A DNA stretch of 64,000 nt from an uncultured Clostridia bacterium (GTDB taxonomy: Bacteria > Bacillota > Clostridia > Christensenellales > CAG-138), in assembly GCA_947168565.1 (NCBI GenBank), contig CAMVMM010000001.1, forward strand, positions 78,717 to 142,716, in the 5' to 3' direction. Made by a program: the position numbers and the translations under genes. The stretch's first letter is position 1, and each line of letters starts with the position of its first letter. The notes under the pieces are model-generated. The model worked only from the letters and a program-made list of their open reading frames with translations, made no database searches and was not told the origin of the DNA. Positions 9,452 to 18,627 of this stretch are shown piece after piece.

Positions 9452-10596
9452 AAATACCTCTCAGTACCGATTTTTTCGTAAGTATGCACGGTGGCGCTCA
9501 TCGTTAAGGCGCCGTCCTCCTCCCAGATAAGCTCCGTGATTTTGGAAACTATCAGCGCGTCCGCAGGAAGTGCGGCGGCAATACCCGCATCCAGCCTTGC
9601 GCGAGCCTCGGCAAGCATTTCCTTGCGCAGCAGCTTCCGCGTTCCGATCACAAACTCCCGCGATCGTGCATCGAGCGCAAATATGGGAAGAAACGTGCAG
9701 TCAAGCCGCGCTTTATGCTTGATTTCCATAGCAAGCCCGCGCTCCTTATCCGCCCGGGGCAGCGTAATTCCGAAAAGCTCTATCGCAAAAAAGCGTGAAG
9801 CGGCGCCTTCCGGAACGGGCAAAGCCGCAGCGGGCTCAACGCGAACGGAGAGCACCCTTGCCACCTCGCCGATTATCTCCGCCTCGCTGTGAACGCGCTC
9901 ACCGCCGCCGCTTTCTGCGGAAATATCCGCGCTCACAAGAAGCTGATCCTTTTTAACGGCGTCACCTGCGCGAACGAGCGGTTTTCCGCTTGAAGCGGAG
10001 ATGCTCACTATAACGCAGTCACGATCCGCATAGATGCTTGCGGGCCGCGCGTCCTCGCCTGATCCGCCATCCTCCGCGGTTAATATGTGAACGCGAAGTA
10101 TAACGCCGTCCACCTCCACCCGCACAAGGTCTATCGAGGGATCAAGGCCGGAAACCCTCTCGATAAGCTCGGCTCTATCCAGGGCTTTCGCCCTCGAAAA
10201 CCGCAGCTCAAGCCCGTTTTCCATAAGCTCCTGCGCGGCAAGCACGATCCTCTCCTCCGCACCCTCTGCAGAAACGAAGATGAGCCTGCCTGAAAGAAAA
10301 GCCATCAGCAGCATCGCGGCGGCGAGCCCGCCTGTAAGCGCGGGTCTTGCAAGAAGCGAACGAAGCAAGAAAGCCGTTCCGCCCGTTTTTAGTATTTGCA
10401 GCTCCGCGCCGCACTCATTCGCGGCCTCCCTCACGGCGGCAAGGCCTGAACTTCTCACCACGGCGGTAAATTCGCGGCGGGATGAGCGCTTCAGGTTGTG
10501 AAGCTCCGCTCCCCTTTGCAATGCGCAATTCACAAAGCCCTCCGGGCGGCTGCACTCAACTCTTATTTTAGCATATCCGGAGAAAAATTTCCACAT
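9448..10596 (-). CDS. yqfD: Sporulation protein YqfD
   Basis: 382 aa. The N-terminus GYAKIRVECSRPEGFVN is typical of YqfD. There is one central TM segment. Follows yqfC. Confidence 0.8.
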   Translation of the reverse strand: MWKFFSGYAKIRVECSRPEGFVNCALQRGAELHNLKRSSRREFTAVVRSSGLAAVREAANECGAELQILKTGGTAFLLRSLLARPALTGGLAAAMLLMAFLSGRLIFVSAEGAEERIVLAAQELMENGLELRFSRAKALDRAELIERVSGLDPSIDLVRVEVDGVILRVHILTAEDGGSGEDARPASIYADRDCVIVSISASSGKPLVRAGDAVKKDQLLVSADISAESGGGERVHSEAEIIGEVARVLSVRVEPAAALPVPEGAASRFFAIELFGITLPRADKERGLAMEIKHKARLDCTFLPIFALDARSREFVIGTRKLLRKEMLAEARARLDAGIAAALPADALIVSKITELIWEEDGALTMSATVHTYEKIGTERYL

Positions 10597-10949
10597 AAAC
10601 TTGATCTTTGCTCTCCCCTGTGCCGCTGATCCCCTTTTTCAAACGTTATTGAGGCTATTTGACCGTCTATCAGCATACATTTGGGCTCCGCGTTCCGTAT
10701 TCTAAGCCCCGCTCCCTCAAAGCGGAGGATGCCGAGCGCCGTTTTGAGCCGCACGATGCTCTCCCCAAACTCGATCACGCCGATATGGTTTTCCACATAG
10801 GCGCGGCTGTCCGCATAAAGCTCGATGCAGGGAAAGCCCTCCGCAGCGGATTCGTGAACGTCCGCCTTCTGCATCAGTCTGCCCGCCGCCCTCGCGCGCT
10901 TTTCGCTCCGTGCAATACCTTTTGATTTGTTTTCAGCAGCTTTTTTCAT
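10563..10949 (-). CDS. yqfC: Sporulation protein YqfC (YabP/YqfC family); start uncertain
   Basis: VIEFGESIVRLKTALGILRFEGAGLRIRNAEPKCMLIDGQIASITFE matches the YabP/YqfC beta-rich pattern. The ORF overlaps the yqfD start by 34 nt. Confidence 0.75.
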   Translation of the reverse strand: MKKAAENKSKGIARSEKRARAAGRLMQKADVHESAAEGFPCIELYADSRAYVENHIGVIEFGESIVRLKTALGILRFEGAGLRIRNAEPKCMLIDGQIASITFEKGDQRHRGEQRSSLCGNFSPDMLK

Positions 10950-11014
10950 ATCAAAAGCTTATGCTTGAAGCCCCCTGTTCAATGCCTGCCGCGCTGCTTT
11001 CCGCCTTTTTGTTT

Positions 11015-11770
11015 TCATTCTCCGCTTTTTTCGGAGCAAGTCAGAAGCAGCGCTCCGCATTCGCTCTCACTTGATTCAAGCGCATTCACCCCGCTGCCCG
11101 AAGCTATGAAATACGCTTTTTCAAGCGCGTAAAAGGGTTTATCACCATCCCATGCGCCGGAAAGCGCCCGCGCCGCAGCCTCATCAGCAATGAAGGCGCG
11201 GCACTCCGCTCCGAAAAGCGCAAGCGCATCAAGCTTTTTTGCGTTTATCTGCCAAATGAGCTCCTCCCTCGAGCCGCTCAGCCTGATAACCGGAGCCACC
11301 TCCGCTCGGCCCGCCTTTACCGACTGCCGAAGCGTATCAACGATATGCTTATCCAACGAATCATCAAGAGCGATCACCGCCTTTATATCGTGCGCCGCAA
11401 GCTGTGCAAGAATGCCGAGGTTCACGTTTTCGATAATAAAAAGCACGCCGTCACTCTCCATGCGCTCTATCTCGCTTGGAAGCACTGCGCTCAAGCCCTC
11501 CCGCGCCGCAGTATACGCATCGCTCAACAGAAGGGACAGGCTGCTTTGATCATTTGCGTTATATGAATACACGCGCAAAACCCTCGTTTTGATTTGCGCG
11601 CTCGCTTCGGCGGCCTTTTGCAATTCGGTATAGTGAAAAGAAGCGCCCACCGCCAAAGCAAGGAATGCGGCAAGAAACGCAAGCGAGAGCGCCGCGCTTT
11701 TCAGCCTTGACGCCGCATATCCGCTCAATAAAGCGAAGGATCTGCTCCTTTTAGATAAAAAACCATCCAT
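11015..11770 (-). CDS. Hypothetical membrane-anchored protein
   Basis: 251 aa with strong RBS GGGGGAGG. One N-terminal TM segment (AALSLAFLAAFLALAVGA) is followed by an alpha/beta-looking domain. No family recognised. Confidence 0.55.
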   Translation of the reverse strand: MDGFLSKRSRSFALLSGYAASRLKSAALSLAFLAAFLALAVGASFHYTELQKAAEASAQIKTRVLRVYSYNANDQSSLSLLLSDAYTAAREGLSAVLPSEIERMESDGVLFIIENVNLGILAQLAAHDIKAVIALDDSLDKHIVDTLRQSVKAGRAEVAPVIRLSGSREELIWQINAKKLDALALFGAECRAFIADEAAARALSGAWDGDKPFYALEKAYFIASGSGVNALESSESECGALLLTCSEKSGE

Positions 11771-11785
11771 TTTCGTTCCTCCCCC

Positions 11786-11813
11786 TTGAAGTTTCGCGCC
11801 AATACACTATAAT
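11786..11813 (+). promoter_or_regulatory. Sigma-A type promoter for the small Cys-rich ORF
   Basis: TTGAAG (11786-11791), a 16-nt spacer, then TATAAT (11808-11813). Confidence 0.5.
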
Positions 11814-11849
11814 AAAGTGTATGATGAAAAGGATGGGAGTGATAACAAA

Positions 11850-12068
11850 ATGAGATGCAGCTGCCGAAACTGCGGAGTATATATGGTTCAATCCGAGGAT
11901 TCGCACCTTGGCTGCGTTTGCCCGGAGTGCGGCGAAAGATGCACCGCCTGCCTTGGCACAAACAGCGTTATGAGCCGCGAGAGCATTGAGCGGCTGAAAA
12001 AGGACCCCGCCTATGCAGAAATGCTTCTTGGCAGGATCCTTGAGGATGAAGAGGACCCGGAGGAATAG
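11850..12068 (+). CDS. Small Cys-rich (zinc-ribbon-like) protein with an acidic tail
   Basis: 72 aa starting from the ATG at 11850 (RBS GGGAG): MRCSCRNCGVYMVQSEDSHLGCVCPECGERCTACLG...EDEEDPEE. The GTG start at 11817 in the ORF track lies at or upstream of the predicted transcription start. Confidence 0.5.
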   Translation: MRCSCRNCGVYMVQSEDSHLGCVCPECGERCTACLGTNSVMSRESIERLKKDPAYAEMLLGRILEDEEDPEE

Positions 12069-12159
12069 GCCCGCTTCACGATTTCACATGCTTCACTTGT
12101 TTCACGTTTTCGTGTTTTTCGTGTGCTTTAGTGTGTTTTCTGTACTCCGCGTATTTCGT

Positions 12160-13185
12160 TTACAGCACCTTTTCAAGCGCCGCGATGCTCTCAATATCGG
12201 TTGCCCAGCTCGTGGCAAACCTGACCACGGCGCTTTCGTCGTCGTATTTTTCCCAGAAGCTGAATCGAACGAATTGGCGAAGCCTTTCGATTGCTTCATT
12301 TTTCATAATAACGAATTGCTGATTGGTGGGCGATTCAAGGTAAAACCGCATCCCCTTGCGCCGCAGGGCCGCCTTCAGCTCCTCCGCCATGGCGATAGCA
12401 TGCCTGCCAAGGCGCAGATAAAGCTCATCCGTAAACAGCGCGTCAAACTGTGCTCCAAGCAGCCTGCCCTTGGCAAGCAGCGCCCCGTTTTGCTTGATAA
12501 GCGTTATAAAATGCCCGGGCGCTCCCCCTTTCGGAAACACAAGCGCCTCGCCTATCAGCGCACCGAGCTTGGTTCCGCCGATATAGAAAACGTCGCAAAG
12601 CGAGGCAAGCTCCTCAAGTGAAACGTCGCATTCAGGGCTTGCAAGCGCATAGCCCAGGCGCGCCCCGTCCGCATATAACAGCATATTGTATTCGCTGCAA
12701 AGCCGCCTCAGCTCCAAAAGCTCCGATTTTGAATAGAGCGTGCCGAGCTCCGTTGGAAACGAGATATACACCATGCCGGGAAAAACCATGTGCTCGTTGT
12801 TTTCATCGGCAAAAAAAGCGGAAGCATATTCCCTTGCCTTTTGTATATCTATCTTTCCGTTTTCACACGGCAGCTCTATCACCTTATGGCCGGAGGCCTC
12901 GATCGCGCCGCCCTCGTGCACGCTCACGTGACCCGTTTTCGCGGCGATAACGCCCTGATACGGCGCAAGCAGGGTGGAGATAACGATTCGGTTTGTTTGC
13001 GTGCCGCCGCTTAAAAAATACACCTCCGCGTTCGGGCTTTCGCAGGCCGCTTTGATCTTCTCCCTCGCGCTTTCGCAGAGAGGATCGGTTCCGTAGCCGG
13101 ACATCGGTATAAGATTGGTTTCCACTATGCGCTCAAGCACCGAGGGGTGCGCGCCCTGCTGATAGTCGTTTTCAAAATACAGCAT
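12160..13185 (-). CDS. Low-specificity threonine aldolase / beta-eliminating lyase family PLP enzyme
   Basis: 341 aa. Begins MLYFENDYQQGAHPSVLERI...GYGTDPLCESAREKI and carries GGTKLG (putative PLP lysine region). RBS GGAGGAG. Confidence 0.7.
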   Translation of the reverse strand: MLYFENDYQQGAHPSVLERIVETNLIPMSGYGTDPLCESAREKIKAACESPNAEVYFLSGGTQTNRIVISTLLAPYQGVIAAKTGHVSVHEGGAIEASGHKVIELPCENGKIDIQKAREYASAFFADENNEHMVFPGMVYISFPTELGTLYSKSELLELRRLCSEYNMLLYADGARLGYALASPECDVSLEELASLCDVFYIGGTKLGALIGEALVFPKGGAPGHFITLIKQNGALLAKGRLLGAQFDALFTDELYLRLGRHAIAMAEELKAALRRKGMRFYLESPTNQQFVIMKNEAIERLRQFVRFSFWEKYDDESAVVRFATSWATDIESIAALEKVL

Positions 13186-13279
13186 ATCTCCTCCGTTTTA
13201 CCGCTTGCCGTTTTGTTGTTTGCTTATTATTGCCTGACGTTATTTTGTTTCGGGCTGTAAAGGCTTTTGAAAAGCCCGT

Positions 13280-13308
13280 CAAAAATGCCCGGGCAGAACG
13301 CCGGGCAT
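13280..13308 (-). terminator. Rho-independent terminator after the WYL regulator gene
   Basis: ATGCCCGG/CCGGGCAT 8-bp stem (13285-13308). On the minus strand it is followed by TTTTT. Confidence 0.65.
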
Positions 13309-13314
13309 AGGTAA

Positions 13315-14292
13315 TCAGACCTTATATGAATTATCCTTTATGAAGGCGATCGCACGATCGCGCAGAAACTGCGGCTGCAATATCTCCACCTCGGTGAGGT
13401 ACTGCATCGTCCAATACAGCACGCCCTGCGGCGCCGCCTTTATGGTGGCGATGAAATGCTCCGGGCCGTCCGAGCTGATGCGAATCCCCGTGCCGAATTC
13501 ATCCACCACGCCGCCGATCGCGGTGTTTTTGCAGCGCAGCCTTATATCCACGGGCTTGCCCGCGAAGGCGTAAACGGTTTTCCTTGCTGTGTTTATATCC
13601 ACCTTGGAGGCGGGGAAATCTATGGGCTTATCAAGCACGCGGATATCCTTCATTAAGTCGATCCGGTAATAGCTTAAATCGGTTTTCCCCTCCTTGATGC
13701 AGAGCAGATAATAGTTTTGATTGTTGCAAACCATGCTGTACGGGCTGACCACATAGCGCTCCTTGCGGCGCGGATGCAGCCTTTTATCAAGGCCGTATTG
13801 ATTGTAAATAAAATCGACCTTCACCCTTTTGGCTATCGCGCTGTCCAGCGAATCTATATTGAAAAACACGGCTCTGTTCTGCGTTTTTTTCTCGGACTCG
13901 GCGGAGAAAAGGTGCCTGTAATTCTTGCGCTGATGGATGCTCAGCACGGATTGAAGCTTATCTATAAGATCGGAAGTCTGCTTCTGCGGTATGGATTTTT
14001 GGGAATACACGGCGTCCATCATCAGCCTTATTTCGGAGGGCTCGAAAAGCCTGGTCATAAGGTAATACCCCTGGCGGCTCTTATCATATTCCGAAACCTC
14101 CACGCCCAGCTTTTTGAGCGTTTCTATGGAGCTGTATACGGTGCGCCTGTCTATCTTCATATCGTATTCATCGGCGAATTTGCCGATGATATCGCGCATT
14201 GAAAGCAGATGCTCCTCGTCCGAATACTTTTCAAGAATTCGATACAGGCAGAGCGTATTTGCTTTATCGGTAAGCTTTTTTTCGGTTCTCAT
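13315..14292 (-). CDS. WYL-domain transcriptional regulator (N-terminal wHTH, central WYL, C-terminal extension)
   Basis: 325 aa. HTH region: LCLYRILEKYSDEEHLLSMRDIIGKFADEYDMKIDRRTVYSSIETLKKLG. WYL-like core: YVVSPYSMVCNNQNYYLLCIKEGKTDLSYYRIDLMKDIRVL. Starts 11 nt after the radA stop, with RBS GGAGAGG. Confidence 0.8.
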   Translation of the reverse strand: MRTEKKLTDKANTLCLYRILEKYSDEEHLLSMRDIIGKFADEYDMKIDRRTVYSSIETLKKLGVEVSEYDKSRQGYYLMTRLFEPSEIRLMMDAVYSQKSIPQKQTSDLIDKLQSVLSIHQRKNYRHLFSAESEKKTQNRAVFFNIDSLDSAIAKRVKVDFIYNQYGLDKRLHPRRKERYVVSPYSMVCNNQNYYLLCIKEGKTDLSYYRIDLMKDIRVLDKPIDFPASKVDINTARKTVYAFAGKPVDIRLRCKNTAIGGVVDEFGTGIRISSDGPEHFIATIKAAPQGVLYWTMQYLTEVEILQPQFLRDRAIAFIKDNSYKV

Positions 14293-14303
14293 AGTGCCTC
14301 TCC

Positions 14304-15653
14304 TTATCGGTTATCCATAAACGCGCAGAACGCATCCCGCAGGTATTTGACCTTTATCAGTTCAATGCCCTCCACTCCCTTAAGCTGGGTGGAATGAGGC
14401 ACTATCGCGTGCTTATAGCCGAGCCTTGCGCATTCCTGAACGCGGGCAAGCAGCCTGTCCACCGGCCTGATCTCGCCGGTAAGGCTCAATTCGCCTATGG
14501 CAACGGTGCTGTCGGGAAGGCGTCTGTCAAGCACGGAACCGGCGATTGCGAGCACCGTGGCAAGATCGGCGCCGCGATCATCCACCCGAATGCCGCCCAC
14601 GGCGTTTGTATATACGTCCTTATCGCTTATCCTCAGCCCTCCCCTGCGCTCAAGCACAGCAAGCAGCAGCATCAGCCTGCCCGTGTCCATTCCGGCGGCA
14701 ACGCGCCTTGGGTTTGCGAAGGCGGAGGTGCTTAAAAGGGATTGAAGCTCAACAAGGATGGGCCTGTTGCCCTCCATGATGCAGGTAACGGAGCAGCCGG
14801 TATCGTTGCCGCCCGTAACGAAAAGCTCCGCCGTGTTTTTGACCTCGCAGATGCCCTCCTGCCGCATTTCAAAGATGCCTATCTCGTTCGTTGAGCCGAA
14901 GCGGTTCTTCACGGCTCGAAGCAGGCGCAGCGAATCGTGCCTATCGCCCTCGAAATACAGCACCGTGTCGACCATGTGCTCCAGCATTCGCGGGCCTGCG
15001 AGCGCACCCTCCTTGGTAACGTGGCCCACTATGAACACGGCGCAGTCCTTTTCCTTTGCAAGCGTTGTGAGCACCGCCGTGGCCTCCCTTATCTGCGTAA
15101 TGCTGCCCGTTGCATTTGATAAGGCGGGGTTCACCATGGTTTGGATGGAGTCTATAATCATGTAGCGCGGCTTTATACGCTCCACCTCGGCTTCTATCGC
15201 GTCTATCGCCGTTTCCGTCATCACGAGCAGCTCGGGGTTCACTCCGCAGCGGGAGGCGCGCAGCTTGAGCTGCGCCTTGGATTCCTCGCCGGAGATATAC
15301 AGCACCGCGCCGTGCCGCATCAGGTTGCTTGCCGCCTGCATCAAAAGGGTGCTTTTGCCAATGCCGGGGTCGCCGCCCACAAGCACCGTGCTTCCCGCAA
15401 CAACGCCGCCGCCAAGCACGCGGTCAAATTCTCCGATGCCGGTTTTTACCCTTTCCGCGTCGCCGTCGGAAACCGAGGAGAGCGCCGTGGCATGGGAGAG
15501 AGAAGCGCCGCGCCTTGCGCCGCTTTTGGCGGCAACGGACTGCACCTCCACCATGGTGTTCCAGCTTCCGCAGCCGGGGCAGCAGCCGAGCCATTTAACG
15601 CTCTCGTGCCCGCATTCGCCGCACACAAATTTGGTTTTATCCTTAGTTGCCAT
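14304..15653 (-). CDS. radA: DNA repair protein RadA/Sms
   Basis: 449 aa with zinc finger CGECGHES...CCPGCGSWN, Walker A GDPGIGKST, the KNRFG motif and a Lon-like C-terminal domain. Confidence 0.95.
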   Translation of the reverse strand: MATKDKTKFVCGECGHESVKWLGCCPGCGSWNTMVEVQSVAAKSGARRGASLSHATALSSVSDGDAERVKTGIGEFDRVLGGGVVAGSTVLVGGDPGIGKSTLLMQAASNLMRHGAVLYISGEESKAQLKLRASRCGVNPELLVMTETAIDAIEAEVERIKPRYMIIDSIQTMVNPALSNATGSITQIREATAVLTTLAKEKDCAVFIVGHVTKEGALAGPRMLEHMVDTVLYFEGDRHDSLRLLRAVKNRFGSTNEIGIFEMRQEGICEVKNTAELFVTGGNDTGCSVTCIMEGNRPILVELQSLLSTSAFANPRRVAAGMDTGRLMLLLAVLERRGGLRISDKDVYTNAVGGIRVDDRGADLATVLAIAGSVLDRRLPDSTVAIGELSLTGEIRPVDRLLARVQECARLGYKHAIVPHSTQLKGVEGIELIKVKYLRDAFCAFMDNR

Positions 15654-17034
15654 TATTATCCGCCCGTGGTGTTGCTTCGGTTTGATCCTCCTGCTCCGCA
15701 GCGAGCAGGGCTCGGTGCGCTTCGCTCAAGGGCAGGGCCATGAATTTGATAATATCGCGCTCCCTTGAGGTGACGTCCATCCAGAAAACGAAGCTGTTTC
15801 CCGAAACGCCGAGAAGCTGCGCCGCCTCGTTCTGTGCGGTAAGGCGATAGGTTTCCCCCGTGGAAAGCATATACATATACAGCGCCTCATCCTTGGAGTA
15901 GACCACGCTTTGCTCATCCAAGCGGAATTCCACCGCGCCCTCGGCTATCTGCGCCGAGCCCGAAACGCCGTCCGAAATATAGAGCCTTGCGTTTTCGCCG
16001 TGCGGCGAATCGAGCCAGGCGTAGTATTGCCCATTGTATTCGGGATCGTGAACGAGCATTCCGGGGCGGAACTCCGAAACGGAGCCCGTGGCGATATCAA
16101 GCGATTTTACGCTCGAATCGCCTATTGAAGCGGATGACGCCCAAACGAGCCTTCCGTCGTGAAGATATGGCATGCTTGTGCCGCTCGACTGATTATCGAA
16201 ATATTCCACCACGGCGGTTTCCTCCGTGGAAAGATCGCAAAGGAATATCTTTTCCCTTTCGCTGCCCGTGCGCTCTATCCATGCGATAATATCGCCGTCA
16301 AGCTTTATTTCCGGCTGACCTACGTAAACGGTTTTAACGGTTCTTGGCGCATAAGGGGCTTTTGAGAGATCTATATAGCGTATCTCCCCCCCGCCGAAGC
16401 TGTAATTCGCATCGAAATAAACGAGCCATTTTTCGTTGAACACGGGGAAAAGCAGGTGATCGCAAACGGGCTTTATATCCAGTTCGCGCACCGCGCCCGT
16501 GTGAAGAGCGGACGTAATATCGCACTCTATGAGCTTATCGTGCTTCACCCTGCCGTCAACGAGCCTACCCGCGGAGCAGATCACCTTTCCGCCGTGGTAG
16601 TAAGGATCGGCAAGCCACGGAAAATTGAGCTCGCCGGGCAGAATAAGCTCATGCTGCGCGCTCACGGGGTCGAAATCCGCCATGGGATGCGGCGTGGGCG
16701 TCGGCTCCGCGGTTGGAGCGGGGCTCGGCGTTTCGATAAGCGGAGTGTTTATCCTGCCGGCAAGCTTGCCCAAAAGACCGCTTGAGCTGAGCGGCGTGTC
16801 TATCTTGAAAAAGGCTTCGAGCACAAACATTATTCCGAACGCAAGCAGCGCAAGCGCGGCGAGTGCGCCGAACACAACGCCCAAAAGCTTCAGCAGCGGG
16901 CTCAGATTGCCCGATTTGAAGCTTTTTACCGAGCTTTTTCTGCGGGTTCTTCTTTTATTAAGGCGGCTTCTCATATATTCATTATAACATATCGAATGGC
17001 TAAAGTCATCATTTTTAAACAAATTTCCGTACAT
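15643..17034 (-). CDS. Hypothetical membrane-anchored protein with a repeat-rich (beta-propeller-like) ectodomain; start uncertain
   Basis: 463 aa. A basic N-terminus is followed by one TM segment (LLGVVFGALAALALLAFGIMFVL), a Pro/Thr linker and a beta-rich region. The stop overlaps the radA start by 11 nt. An alternative ATG at ~16974 sits 6 nt after a TATAAT. Confidence 0.55.
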   Translation of the reverse strand: MYGNLFKNDDFSHSICYNEYMRSRLNKRRTRRKSSVKSFKSGNLSPLLKLLGVVFGALAALALLAFGIMFVLEAFFKIDTPLSSSGLLGKLAGRINTPLIETPSPAPTAEPTPTPHPMADFDPVSAQHELILPGELNFPWLADPYYHGGKVICSAGRLVDGRVKHDKLIECDITSALHTGAVRELDIKPVCDHLLFPVFNEKWLVYFDANYSFGGGEIRYIDLSKAPYAPRTVKTVYVGQPEIKLDGDIIAWIERTGSEREKIFLCDLSTEETAVVEYFDNQSSGTSMPYLHDGRLVWASSASIGDSSVKSLDIATGSVSEFRPGMLVHDPEYNGQYYAWLDSPHGENARLYISDGVSGSAQIAEGAVEFRLDEQSVVYSKDEALYMYMLSTGETYRLTAQNEAAQLLGVSGNSFVFWMDVTSRERDIIKFMALPLSEAHRALLAAEQEDQTEATPRADNNGN

Positions 17035-17142
17035 ATCGCATTATTCGAGGCGGAATAAAGGGCTTTGCTGAATGAGCGCGGCAGAATAATGAAAAACTAA
17101 ACCGAATGAGCATCGCAAATGATGGAAAACGGAGGAAAAGTG

Positions 17143-18465
17143 ATGAAGAAGAAAAGTGTTAAGATGAATGCAAGGCTGAATACGGGGATGAACACCGGGA
17201 TGAAACCTATGCAAAGCCCGCGCGCATACGGTTTTTTCAAGCTTTCGGGCTTTATTCTTGCGCTGATGCTGCTTGCGCTGAACTATACCGATGAAATGCG
17301 GGCCATTCGCTCCTATGACGGCATAGTTTTTGCAAACAGCAGCGGCGTTTCGACTGAGCATCTGCAGGAAATACCCGCTCTTTTCAAAAAGCATGCTCCG
17401 GCAGGGGGAGCCTCCGAGGTTTCGGGCAGCCTTGACGAAAGGCTTGGCGCGGAAGGCTTCGGACACGGGCTCATCGACGCTGTCGGGATCTTGAATGCGG
17501 TTTTAGACACAACGGAGCGCGCGCAGCTCATTCCCTGCGGCGATTCGGTGGGCATCTCCATCCGCACGGACGGCGTGCTGGTGGTGGGCTTCAGCGAGAT
17601 AGAAACGGAAAAAGGAAAGGCCTGCCCCGCAAAGCAATGCGGACTTCGTGCGGGGGACATAATAAAGAGCATTGACGGAAGAGCCGTATGCACCGCAGAG
17701 GAGCTTTCGCTTGCGCTTGATCTGAAGGCGGCGGAAGAATTGCGGGTGAAGGTGAACAGAAGCGGAAAAACGCGCGAGCTTTTAATAAAGCCCATCGCAG
17801 TTGACGGCGAAGCGAGGATAGGCGCATGGGTGCGGGACAGCACGATCGGCATAGGCACGCTTTCCTACGCTTCAGCGGAAAACGAAAGCATTGCGGCGCT
17901 CGGGCACGCCGTGATGGACGCGGACACCTCCACGCTGATACCGGTGCTGAACGGAAGCATGTATTTTGCGGACGTGCTCGGCGTATCAAGGGGCAGCGCG
18001 GGCGCGCCGGGAGAGATCAAGGGCACTTTTTCCTCAAAAAGCCGGCTTATCGGCAGCATTGAGCAAAACGGCGAGCTGGGGGTTTACGGTTTTTTGACGG
18101 ATGAACTGCCGGGTGAATTTATGCTGAGAAACGCGCTTGAGGTCGCCTTTCCGGACGAGGTGCATACCGGGGACGCTTATATTCTATCCCAAACGGGTGC
18201 GGGAGGGCCCGAAAGCTACGCCTGCAAAATCATTAGAACCGTGAAGCAAAGGAATGCGGAGCCAAAGGGCTTGGTGATCGAGATAACGGACGAAAGGCTC
18301 CTTTCTAAAACCGGCGGCATCGTTCGCGGGATGAGCGGAAGCCCTATCATACAGGACGGACGGATTGCGGGGATAGTGACACACGTGTTTATAAACGATC
18401 CCGCAAAGGGGTACGGCGCCTACGCATTCTGGATGTATAATACGATACCGCACCAAAAGCCATGA
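17143..18465 (+). CDS. spoIVB: Stage IV sporulation protein B, SpoIVB peptidase (S55)
   Basis: PDZ-like segment GLRAGDIIKSIDGR and the S55 serine motif GMSGSPIIQDGRIAGIVTHVF. Start set at the ATG at 17143, preceded by GGAGG. Confidence 0.9.
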   Translation: MKKKSVKMNARLNTGMNTGMKPMQSPRAYGFFKLSGFILALMLLALNYTDEMRAIRSYDGIVFANSSGVSTEHLQEIPALFKKHAPAGGASEVSGSLDERLGAEGFGHGLIDAVGILNAVLDTTERAQLIPCGDSVGISIRTDGVLVVGFSEIETEKGKACPAKQCGLRAGDIIKSIDGRAVCTAEELSLALDLKAAEELRVKVNRSGKTRELLIKPIAVDGEARIGAWVRDSTIGIGTLSYASAENESIAALGHAVMDADTSTLIPVLNGSMYFADVLGVSRGSAGAPGEIKGTFSSKSRLIGSIEQNGELGVYGFLTDELPGEFMLRNALEVAFPDEVHTGDAYILSQTGAGGPESYACKIIRTVKQRNAEPKGLVIEITDERLLSKTGGIVRGMSGSPIIQDGRIAGIVTHVFINDPAKGYGAYAFWMYNTIPHQKP

Positions 18466-18577
18466 TAGAAGCAAGTATCAAAAACGCGATGCTCCGGCGC
18501 TGCTTCTGAAGGCTTGATAAAGAAGCCTGCTCGGAAAAACGGACTTTGCCGCGCTCCGCTTTCAGTTCGCGAATTGC

Positions 18578-18616
18578 ATAATAAGATGGACCCGAGGCTC
18601 GTGCCTGCGGGTCCAT
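18578..18616 (-). terminator. Hairpin terminator between convergent genes
   Basis: ATGGACCCG (18586-18594) pairs with CGGGTCCAT (18608-18616), a 9-bp stem. On the minus strand it is followed by CTTATTAT. Confidence 0.45.
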
Positions 18617-18627
18617 GTATGCTTGGA

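Noticed and set aside
12069-12159. T/G-rich stretch with repeated TTCAC and CGTG words (cttcacgatttcacatgcttcacttgtttcacgttttcgtgtttttcgtgtg), considered as a repeat array or terminator.
   Set aside because: The units are irregular in spacing and sequence, and the two halves are not complementary (TTCAC versus GTGTT), so there is no stable hairpin. It looks like low-complexity intergenic DNA between convergent genes.
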